Shown here piece by piece: positions 1-10,591 of a stretch of 64,000 bases of DNA. The DNA lies in assembly GCA_907165135.1 (NCBI GenBank), contig OU015568.1, positions 1,736,001 to 1,800,000 on the forward strand. Direction: 5' to 3'. This DNA comes from Oikopleura dioica. Its lineage: Eukaryota > Animalia > Chordata. The first letter of the stretch is position 1. Each line of letters starts with the position of its first letter. The notes under the pieces are model-generated. The model was not told the origin of the DNA, did no database searches, and saw only the letters and a list, made by a program, of their open reading frames with translations. Made by a program: the position numbers and the translations under genes.

Positions 1-1185
1 GCTACAATAACAGCTTGTGTCTGATACGTTGCCATGCATGCGAATTCGTGCTTCACCATTAAGTTGCTCAAAGAGAAAGATGTTTCCCCATCAAATCCCT
101 CGCATTTGTCCGCGCTTGAGGCCCCTGCACAGATAACGACCTCATCTTTGACCTCAGGAATCGTGACGGTTGCCCCATAATCAGTTCCGAAGCTGTTGAT
201 AAGGCGTTTTCCTGTATCGATTAGCTCGCAGCCACTTATTTTTCCTATCTTTAGAATTTCTTTATCATCTTATAATAATAACACTGTCTGCTGGTAGCAA
301 TATGAAGTCACCAAAACAGAGAAATACCTTATATCTGTTCTGTGAACCTCCAAAAAGAAAAACTTCGCCATTGAGAATAGCATGGCCAGCATAATTTAAA
401 AAATTCGCATGAGGTGTCGAGAAATAACGATTTTCCTTTCGTCAGGCTCGTAAAATATTTTCTTGTCACGAAAAAGTCTGATATAATATTAATTTCTTTA
501 ATCTTGAGCTCTCCTTAAAGTGTCCATCTGCAGAAAGAATGTATGTGTTTTTAGTGCTATACTGAGAAAGCAACATGTAAAAACCCTGGCAATTGTAACC
601 ATCATCACATGGGCATCCTCTTGGACATCGACTATTGCATGGGCACATTTCGGATTCAAGATCAAACGAATTGAAGCATTTGTTGTAGCATGATGGAGAT
701 GCTGTGCAGTTCTTGACACAGTGCTTAGCGTTGTACATAGCTTCATTGATGCACTGTTGATAAAATGGATTATTTAGCTCAGGATTTTTACACGAACAGA
801 TTGAGTTCGGACAATCATCGCATCCATTTGGACATTTTCGGAAACATGGACATTGCTCGTAACATTCTTGGTCAATGAATCATTTTTCTTAATTTTTACT
901 CTTACCAGTATAATCGGCAAGACAATTACGCTCACAGCTTGAGTCCTCGCAGTCATCTTTGCAAGTCAAGAAGTCGGTATAGCAGAATGAGTCACATTTC
1001 AGCGCTAGATCTTCATCCCTAACAAATATTTTTCTCATCTCTTTTAGACAGCTATTTTTCATTATTAGATTATTTTTGTTATAGACTATAATAACTTATA
1101 GTAAAGCTTACTGGCAAGTTGTGTTGTAAAGATTCGGGCGAAATCCAGAACAAGCAAAAAAGAAAGAAAATATAATTGTCAGCAT
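1..1185 (-). CDS. Secreted Cys-rich protein with kelch-like C-terminal region; 3' end outside the window
   Basis: ATG at 1185 gives MLTIIFSFFFACSG (signal-like). GT-AG spliced exons give CDSFCYTDFLTCKDDCEDSSCERNC, CPCFRKCPNGC and CPCNSRCPRGCPC, then NGEVFFFGGS and downstream beta-strand-like sequence. Confidence 0.7.
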
Positions 1186-1361
1186 CTCTTTTGGTATGAG
1201 AGCGGATCAGCTGAGGGTCTTCAACTTCGACAGAAATATTTTTTATTTAAGTAAGCTGTTATATTCCCACGAGAAGCAATGGTCATTAAATTCTCAGTTT
1301 ATTAAAAACATTTTAAAGATGTATGAATTTATTCTTTATTTACAAAGCAGTTGATTCCATC

Positions 1362-3954
1362 TCATGTTGTAAAATATTTTTAGGCTTGAACTTGTCAATG
1401 CAGAATTCACAGCTTTTCCGTTGGCAAGGGCCTCCACGATAGAATTTTTTCCTGAAACAATTTACCATGTATTTTTCAAAAAATAATTACCTAAAGCTTT
1501 TGGCAAGCATTCTCAAATGGGTTTGCTCGTTGACTGTGTCCCAGTTCTCTTGCTTGTTCGGATTCAGCAACGCTTTCGTGCTTCTTTTTCCTATCGTATC
1601 AATACCTTCCTGTCTCAACCAATCCACGTCGAATTGTCCTTATAAATCCTTATTATCCCCCTTCGGTTGCTTCATTTTACCTTCTGTATCCCAACCATGA
1701 CCATATGCGGCATTCGGATAAGCTGGCTCGCCATGTTTTGCTATGTCGATTCCTCTTACTTCTGTATCTTTTCCTGGTTTAGCGAAATCCAGCAAAAACT
1801 GTGCTTTTATTTCGTTACCAGGACCATATCGACCCTCAATATGTCACAGTACCAGCAGAGCCAGAAAATGATGCTTGAAAGAACAAGTGTCCACATCAAT
1901 ATCGCCACGATTCCGATAACTTGCCATAAAAGTTGCTAGAATTCAGAAAATTCAAAATCATAGATTTGCTTTTTTTGGCACGTCTTACGTTCAACGGCGT
2001 ATACAGGCAGTCTCCAAGTTTGTATCCATGATGCAACGGTCTTCTCCCTGTAGTGACATTCCCCTGAAACCCCAATTGATAAACACAAGTCGAGTTCGCC
2101 TCGCCGACGCAGTCATAATCGCACCCTTTCCAATGAATAAACGAGTACTCCTCCTCCTTGTTCGCAAAAAGCGGCGCCATAAGCACTCCAGTAACTCCGC
2201 CTGTCAAATGAACAGGAATTGAGCCCACTGGATCATCAATCTGCCTAATCGGAATTTAAGCTGCGTAAAGCCTACTTATGCGCCAACCTAATATGAAGCC
2301 AATGTTCTGTCACCGCAAATCCGAAGCCGGCGACAATTCCAATAATGGCAGCGCCAAATGGCTCCAAAACATTGCAGCCTGCGCACATTGCTACCATCCC
2401 GGCCAAAGTGGCATCAACAAGGACTCAACTTTGGTCAAAATTTTGACTCAAAATGACAATTCAGTCCAAAACTATGAGGGTTTCGACTAGACCAAATCCT
2501 AAAAATGACCAAAACTGCTTCGGCTTGACTTTTCTTGACCTTGGAAGCTTCATGATTTTGTATTTCCAAAGATACTCCACTTTTGGTGTGATGAAAACGA
2601 TGCACATGCATGTGATTCCACTCATGCTCCCTCCAATCGTCAAGTTTGTCACTCCAAGAGCAACATTATCGCCATGCCCGAGAACCATCGCTAGGAAACC
2701 TATGATCAGAATGAAAGCGCCCATGCAAGTCAGCGGGGTAGAATGTCCGGGAATGTGATATTTTCTTCCATCTTCAAATCGACCTTCTCTTGGTCCCATG
2801 AAAACGCAACCTACAAGAGCTGCGATCCCTCCAACGGCGTGAACATTTCCGCCTCCTGCATAATCGCGATACCAAACTGCCGGTGGAAGTCGTATTATCT
2901 CCGGTGGGTAGAGAAGCCATCCATTCGACCAGCCCCAGTGGACGGCAACTGGCTGTATGAAACCTGTAGCTATGACTCCATAAATGAGATACGACCAAAA
3001 CTCGACTCGCTCGGCAACAGCGCCGGAAATGATTGTCGTTGCAGTAGCAGCAAAGACGAAATTGAAGAAAAACTCACCATCAGAGCTCAAAAATGCACAA
3101 AAAATAAAATTTATAAAATGAATATCGATTCGTTGAAGCCCTTAGTACCATAAAATGAGCCACCATGAATAATTCGCACGGGATATTGTTTGTTTTCAAT
3201 CAATTCAAATTCTTAAATCGCTAACAGAAGATATTCTAGCACCGCCTTACCTGGCTGATAGAGAAAGAAATGGTTAAAGCCGATAAAACTATTGCTGCTA
3301 GCGTAATCATGATCGTTCCTCTTCACCTTCCCATAAGCAAAAGCAAAGCCGCACGCCCAATAAACAATTGCTCCGACAACAACATCGAGGAGATTTTTGA
3401 TCAAAATATTGGTCACATTTTTGGCCCTTACACTTCCGGCTTCGAGAAGGGCAAATCCAGATTGCATGAATAAAACCATACAAGCATTCATTACCAAAAA
3501 GAAGTCGTAGTCTCGGCCCATTTGGGCATCTCTAGAAAAAAATCGATTACTATTGTCGACTCAAAAAAGGGACCAAAATTTTGGTCAGTACTGAAAATGT
3601 AGCGAAAGTCACGAATGTCACGAATATCGCGAATGTCACGATTTTGCTGAAAATGTCACGAAAACAGAGACACATTTTTTGGGTAATGAGTAGGGTTAGG
3701 GTTTACAATTATTTTTCTAGAGGCTTCTACTTTACCCTCTATTCGGATTTTTCAAATATGCAGGTTCCATTTTTCAGCTCTTCTATTCTCTCATTTTTTT
3801 CTGTGAAAAAGATTTTGATTTCTATTTTTACAATAATTTCCACTAAGAAAGGATGAGCGACGTGCTCTATGCAAAAAGCTCTTAGGGCTTTTCCTATGTT
3901 CAATAAAAAAAGTTTATATATGATTAACATTTCATACCTGTTTGCTTCCCGCAT
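1362..3954 (-). CDS. Amt: Ammonium transporter (Amt/Mep family)
   Basis: Motifs [63 protein letters not shown] and [12 protein letters not shown]. First exon (MREANR, 3954) inferred from phase; both ends approximate. Confidence 0.92.
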
Positions 3955-4100
3955 TTCTCAAAATGACTGACAAATTTGCATCGCCGGGAAAACAATTGCA
4001 GGAATTCAGTGTAAACGGCTTAGTGGCGAATTTATGTTCACCGCAGACTGGCCAAGATTGTAACGCTTTTATTGAGTACTAAACAACGAAGCTTACAGAA

Positions 4101-5920
4101 TTAGAAATAATTTATTAAGAATTTAAAAGTGACATGGAAGAAATGCGCCTTCTCCATTGAATTTTTTCTTCCAAATCTCCAAAAGTGGCTATGTGATTTT
4201 TGATGTACGAAACTGCATCAAGTTGGCCATTATTCTCGCTGAGCAGCTTCTTGAATCTTCAAGGAATAATAACTGTTGTCCTTCAATATGGAAGAGCCTT
4301 TAGTTATTCCCCTCCTTTCAAGATACTGCTTCTCTGATGGTGTTTCTCCTCTAACAGCTCGACTAACCGACTCGAAAGTGATCAAATTTTCTTTTGCATT
4401 TCTCAAATCCTTGAATTCTTGAAGCCGGTGGTAGATGTCTTTGATTTTCAACTCGCAGGCTTTCATCAATTTCTCAGCATTTTCTTCAATCGTTTCTCTT
4501 GGCAATCCAAGTCGCTTGCATTCTTCGTTGATGAGGCCATTTTCAAAGGTAAGTTTCGACAGAGCAAGTCCTGTTCTTCTGCCGATTTCTACTCTAACTC
4601 GCTCGGCAAATGAAGCTGGATCTTCATTATCGAGCGGCTTTTCGACGGGCAGATAGTTGAAAGTCAACTTGAAATTAATGATGAGAAACAGGGTCATTAG
4701 ATTTAGCGAAAATACCTGTATTCTGAACTGAGAGAGGGTGAACAACCAGCACCAGATGAGTGAGGGTCCTTCGAAAGTCCAGACGATCGTATTCCAGCAA
4801 TTAAACGACAAGCAAACTGGCTGGATCGGCACTTGAAGGAGAATCGTTAACAAGCAATTTTTGCAAGAAATTACCTCGAGGGATGAAAGCGCCGATCTTG
4901 AAAGCGAGCAAGCTTTGACTGTTTGAGTTTGTTCCTTCAGGAAAAATTGCGAGCTGAGGATAGGGTTGCTCTATATTCACTCGGCGTTTGATTTCATGGA
5001 CGACGGAAGAGCGAGATTTTCGATCACCCCTTTCGACGTAAATTGGGTTGCACATGTCTTAAGCCAGGTTTTTCAGCATTTTTGGACCAGAGAAGATTAT
5101 TTTTGTCTCTTACATTTAAAAACCTTGCCATGAGCGCTCCAACAATCGGCATATTATGAATATCCGCCTTTGAAATCGGACTCGGGATCGTTCCGCTAAC
5201 CATTCCATGGTAAGGCAGAAACATACCGTCGATGATCGTACTATGCGGCGCTAGAACTATCATCGGCGCCTCGTCACGTGATGCTGGCTCGCCTTTATGA
5301 TCGATGGAAATGCCGAGGATAAAGATTTGAAATTTGGCCAGCTTTCACACGGGCTCAAGCAGTAATTTGAAAAGAGAATTATTGTAATTATTTCCAATCG
5401 GCGAGTTGTTAAAGAGCCGTTCCGATAGAACGAGTTTGATAAGAAAGAGCTGGTACCATTTCGTATAAACTTGTGATCGTTTTGCGCCTTTTTCTGCTGA
5501 AGCTTTGACGATGTTCGCAAATGCCAGGGATATTGGTAGGGTTATGGAAAGTCCTTTTTTGGTTTAACAAAGCAAATTAGTTTATCAAATCGAAAACAAA
5601 GATCTAAGATCGAGTTTTTGTTATTCTGTTTTGTAAACCTCGCCGATAATCCTCAATGGAATAATCGTAAAGCATCCAAAGAAAAACTTAAGTTACTTTT
5701 AGGCGAAAAAAATTTGAATAATAAAAGAAACCTGGAGTCTTCGATACCACGGCCATCTGATTTCAAAACCAAAGGGATACGGAGCCTTTTCTGTGTCTGA
5801 CGCTGTTTCTAGGGGCTCAACTTTCATGTCTCTGATTCTCAGCTTTCTTTCAGCATTACTCCTCAAAAATAGAATAAAATCGCGAGTAACACCAACTGTT
5901 ACAAAAACAAGCGGGAGCAT
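4101..5920 (-). CDS. LPCAT: Lysophosphatidylcholine acyltransferase (LPCAT1/2-like)
   Basis: Acyltransferase motifs APHSTIID, IYVERGDRKSR, IFPEGTNSN, FKIGAFIP and PIQPV across GT-AG exons. Start is either 5920 or 5827; last exon approximate. Confidence 0.88.
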
Positions 5921-6299
5921 TTCTTAGAAAAAATACATTTTCAAACTAATTCTACTCAGAAACAAACATATTCTTTCCATAAATAGATCTAGAATGCTTG
6001 CATTTGTTAAAAAATCCTTAATCATTTTTTTACCTTATTTATTCATTTTTCTGTAAATAAATATTTTTTCTCTTTTAATCTTATTTCATGCGGATATGCG
6101 TCATCTGATGTTAAAAGTGAACACAATCAAAAAAGAGCAACTAAGAAAAATCACAAGAAAAGCCTCTTTCTTTGTTCCAGAGTCTTTTTTGACCCTTGAA
6201 AGCTCTGAATGTTCCACCAATCACGTGATTTTTGCATTTTGCATGACCTGCTAGAGACAGAAAACGAAAGAAAGTGAGGACAACTTTTGGAATCAGAAT

Positions 6300-6482
6300 T
6301 TATTGAATATAATCTGGAGGCATATTTTGTGTAATATTAACTTGTGTAATTTCGAACGGGTTCGAAGCTTCTTCCTTGCTTTTTTCTTCGAGAATTTTTT
6401 TCTGCCAAAAGACGAGGAAAAGAACACCGCCGGAGAGAAAAATGGAAAGCAGGGAAATTATAACGACTGAAATCACTTTCAT
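6300..6482 (-). CDS. Possible small single-pass membrane protein (last exon) with PPxY motif
   Basis: Hydrophobic VVIISLLSIFLSGGVLFLVFW followed by QKK and a C-terminal MPPDY; upstream exons not resolved. Confidence 0.3.
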   Translation of the reverse strand: MKVISVVIISLLSIFLSGGVLFLVFWQKKILEEKSKEEASNPFEITQVNITQNMPPDYIQ

Positions 6483-6901
6483 TATTTGAAGAAATTTTTT
6501 TGAGCGCGCTTCTTTTATGGTCGCTTATCAAAGAAGTGGTGCTTGAAGTTGATGTTATTATATTGATATGTTATCAAAACGGTTTCGGTTGTGAAGAACC
6601 TTAGCCAGGAGTCTAAATATCAGCCGAAATCCTAGTGCAAAAGCGAACTTTTTATTTTCAAATTTTTTGCGACGCGAAAGCTAAGCGAATTTTTCGCCCA
6701 TGTGCGAGGCGAAATATCATTGAAAATTGTGCAAAAAAACGAAAAAAGGCATATACATTTGTTCCTCTAAAGATATTATTTTTACAATTAATAAAATGAA
6801 AAATGTTTACTTTTTAACCGGATGTAAAGGTGTCTGTTCTTCATCCTCTCCTGATAGATCCAAGAATACATAAAAAATTAAATATCATACTCAAAAAAAA
6901 A

Positions 6902-8161
6902 ATGAAAACCGCAATAGTCGTTGGCGGCAATCGTGGAATCGGACTCGAGTTCGTCAAACTTTTGATCGAAGAGAAAGATGTTCAGAAAGTTGTTGCAACG
7001 GCAAGAAACCAAGAGAAATTTCCGGACCTAGAAAACTCTCGAAAATTGCAAGTAGAAACGCTGGACATTAGTATTGAAGAAAGCGTGATGGGCTTTGGAA
7101 AGAAAATTGGGCCCTGCTCTTTTGATATTTTGGTTTTGAATGCTGGAGTAGCTCCGGAATTGACAGAGAAATCTTTTGAGAGCGTGAAACAGACGATAGA
7201 TGTAAATTATTTTGGAATATCATCGGTTTTAAAGACATTATTCCCTCTTGCTCGCGACGGAGCCCGAATTGTGGTCCTTTCCAGTGTTTATGCACTGCGA
7301 GGAATGCTCAACTTAAATCCAAATATTTCGAAGGGCAATTTTGTCAATGAATACACACAAAAGCTATCATCGTGAGTTTTTACAGATTTCCCGCTGTTAA
7401 TTGTATTGAAGAATTTTTTCTTCGAATCCTTCTTTGGAAGAATTGGACGAAATCGCGAAAAAATTCGTTGAAAGTCAGAAAAATCCTTCTCAAGCTCAAG
7501 CTGATGGCTGGCCAGACCAGAGGTGCAAATTTGTTGAGCTGAGTGAGCTGAGCTGGCTCAGCTCATTGATTTTCTAAAATGATCTGATCTGCTCAGCTCA
7601 GACAATTATCACTCAGCTCAGCTCAATAATTTTCGAATATGATCAGTTCTGCTCAGCATAGCTAAGCTCAACTAACTAAAAAAGGTCTGCTCAGCTCATT
7701 GAGCTACGAAATAGGCCAGCTCAGCTCAGAGAATTTTTAACGAAGGTCAGCTCAGCTCAGCTCAGCAAAATTAAACCAAAATTTGCAACTCTGGGCCAGA
7801 CCCCAACCAGACAGACATGATAGGTAACGACAAGAAAAATATGACATTCTCAATTTCTGAGACCCGATATATTTCTAGGTTATGAGATGTCGAAGCTACT
7901 GGTCAACAATTTCGTACGGCTGTACAGTAAAAAAGCTATTTCTCAGGGGAAAAATGTGTTGATAAATTCCGTTTCCCCGGGATTTTGCGATACTGAAATG
8001 ACTGCTGGAGTTTCTCGTCAAAAGGTCAGACAGTAAAAATTTTTTTTCGCTGAAATTTTTAGCCGAAAACTGCTCGAGATGGAGCTGAAGCAGTCCTTTC
8101 TCTTTGCTTTATCGCGCCAGGGAGGGCTCAGCCAAATGGGAAAATGCTCATTGACGCTTAA
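6902..8161 (+). CDS. Carbonyl-reductase-like short-chain dehydrogenase, exon 2 interrupted by a MITE
   Basis: GGNRGIG, DILVLNAGV, VNYFG, RIVVLSS, GWPD..GYEMSK (YxxxK) and INSVSPGFCDTEMT; insertion at 7518-7793 splits GWPD from PNQTDMIG. Confidence 0.85.
7518..7793. mobile_element. hAT-like MITE, 276 bp
   Basis: TIRs CAGAGGTGCAAATTT / AAATTTGCAACTCTG (1 mismatch in 15); 8-bp TSD GGCCAGAC at 7510-7517 and 7794-7801; many internal GCTCA/TGAGC pentamers. Confidence 0.92.
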
Positions 8162-8745
8162 TCTTTTCTTTGTGCAAAAAGAAAATAAACTTGATGAATT
8201 TAACGTATTTAAAAATTAAAAAGAAAATTGAATAAGCAGCGAACCAACAATATTTGAAGCAGCTAAAAAGTGAAAGCTAAATGGAGCAAAGAAGGCTAAC
8301 AAGCGCGTCGCTAGTGTAAAAGCAAAACAGTGTGGCCATTTTTTCGTTAAAATCCATTTGTTATTGAAAGGGGCCCGTTTTGACATCAAACCAGGCGATT
8401 CCGCAGAACAAAATTATAAACTAAATGAGCAGCGTTTTCCATCAAAACATGATTTGAGAGTCAATACTCGCGCAGCGGGAAATCGAAAAAAGAAACGGGA
8501 ACCCATCATTGTAACAATACACATAAACATTGTTGTCGAAAGCCGGACTTTTTACATCGAACTTATAGCTAATTCAATTATTGATCAAGCGCGAAATATT
8601 AGATTAAAGATGACCAAAGTTCATTTTATCTGAATAATTTGATTTCATAACAATTATTTTTGTAGATATCATTAATTATGGCATTAAAATGGTCTTTCAT
8701 CAACCTGATACTGTAAAAATGCAGGAATTATAGATACAGACAAAA

Positions 8746-8803
8746 CGGACAATTCCGGAAGTTTTTTTTTCGGGAAAAAGCGCCAAATCTCCGGAATTGT
8801 CCG
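8746..8803. repeat. Perfect 14-bp inverted repeat with 30-nt spacer
   Basis: CGGACAATTCCGGA at 8746-8759 and TCCGGAATTGTCCG at 8790-8803. Confidence 0.6.
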
Positions 8804-10591
8804 AATTCTACTTGAAAATTTTTTTGCTTCCAAGGTGCCTTTTTTAAGGGTGTCAAACAGAAAATGGGCTTTTTCGTGCTGCTCATGGCTTTTTCGACCC
8901 TTCTCTGATTTCTTTACGGAAAATTCTTTGTTATTATTTCGCAAAAGGTGGTGCTTTATAGAAAATAGACCTCTCAGTTGAATTTTTGTCTAAAATTTCC
9001 GGAGTCCCCATTCAATAATTTATTCTTTGAAATCGATGTTTAGCATTTAAAGATTCAAAAAAAGGATCCTATTTTTATCAATTTTCCTAATTTGCTGACT
9101 CTGGGTTCAAAAATCCTGACAAATTTTGCGTTGAAATTTTCAACGAATCAGAAGCCTGGATTCGGGCAACCGGCCAATCAGGAGCCGAGTAGCCGCCCAT
9201 GCAAAAATTGTCGAATTTTTTCAAAATTTGTTGTCGATTCGTGATACCACCCCTTCAAAAGCACTAGAATTTGGAGCCTATTTTGGGTTTTGAATGGGGA
9301 GCTCCTTTTTTCGAATCGGAAGACTCCTCAAAAAGTGCTCAAGGAAGAGTACAAAATAAACGTGAAGTACAAGATATGACTTTGATCATGTTAAGAAAGG
9401 GATATCAACAACTAAAAAACGTCTCAAAAACGATAGGAAGCTTCGCTACTGATAAAAAAATTTTTCCTAGGACGGCTGGACTCACTGGAGATCGAACCCT
9501 AAATACCCGGATAAGCTCAATGAGGATTAAGCTTCAGCGTTGATAACTGTATCTCAATGATTGAAATATTGAAAAATTATAAATAAAACGATAAAGAAAT
9601 CTATTTTGGCCAAATTTGTTTAGAAACATATACTTTTTAAAATTGCGCTTGTTTTATTATTATCAATTTTCGAATAATATATTGAATTGACAGCATTGAA
9701 CAACCTTACTTTTAGAAACAAGAAATCTATTTATCCTCGGTTTCGGCCGCAGAATGAGAGATTCCCACGTCTCTTGATAATTATAATAATTTTATTTTAT
9801 TTTTGATTCGATTGCATGAGTTTCTCGGGTATTTTCATGCTCATGTCAAAATTATCTACTACTGCCAGTAGTCTACTAGTAGTAGAACAACGAAGATTGT
9901 CATGTTCAACGAGGATACTTGCACTGACGTCTTTCAACGAAAAAGAGCTAGCTTAGATTTCAAGAGAATTTGGCTTCTTTTTTTCTGAAAATAATTGAAC
10001 TTCAGTTCAAGCTAAATTGAACTGGCAAAACTCTGAAAATTCTTGCTGAACTCTTCTTTCGCTTGTGGTGAGATCAGTCCATTTTTGTTCCCTCTGTATT
10101 CTTAAAAATATCCAATTTCCCCTGCATTTCAAGAGAACAGCATAATTATTCTCCCGTTTGTTATGGGATCAGTCTGTCTTTCCTCTCTCTCTGTATTCCT
10201 GAACATGTCTAATTGCCCCCTGCATTTCAAATGAACAATATGATATTTTCCTTCCAAACAAGTCATTAAGCGTCAAAATCCTGAGCGCGCGCGATCGCTC
10301 ACAGCGCCACCTATCACGCCAGACCCTTCAACCCCGCGCTCGTTCTTTAGCATTTTGAAATTTGTGAATTCCGAAATCTTCCGATAAATTTTTTTGATCG
10401 AGAACGATACGGATCCGGGCCGCATAATTGAGAAATCGTAAACTTGGATAAAGAAAATACGAATTCCTTAATTCGCCCGATTCATCAAACTAGAAACGTC
10501 AGAGAGTCCCATTAGTACCAGCTTGATTGCCTGATCACCAGAAGAAGACTTCAAGAGAAACGAAAAACTAAAGACTCAAAAACTTAAAAAA

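Noticed and set aside
1760-1835. Amt junction [12 protein letters not shown]
   Set aside because: No donor/acceptor pair gave the expected spacing convincingly; left unresolved rather than claimed as a new splice type.
1185-5920. LPCAT, Amt and Cys-rich gene as a trans-spliced operon
   Set aside because: Same strand and about 150-180 nt apart, but spliced-leader use cannot be seen in genomic DNA and the ends are approximate.
10303-10320. CTCF-like site (AGGTGGCGCTG on the minus strand) upstream of the GT10 gene
   Set aside because: Only the 3' half of the motif matches; expected by chance.
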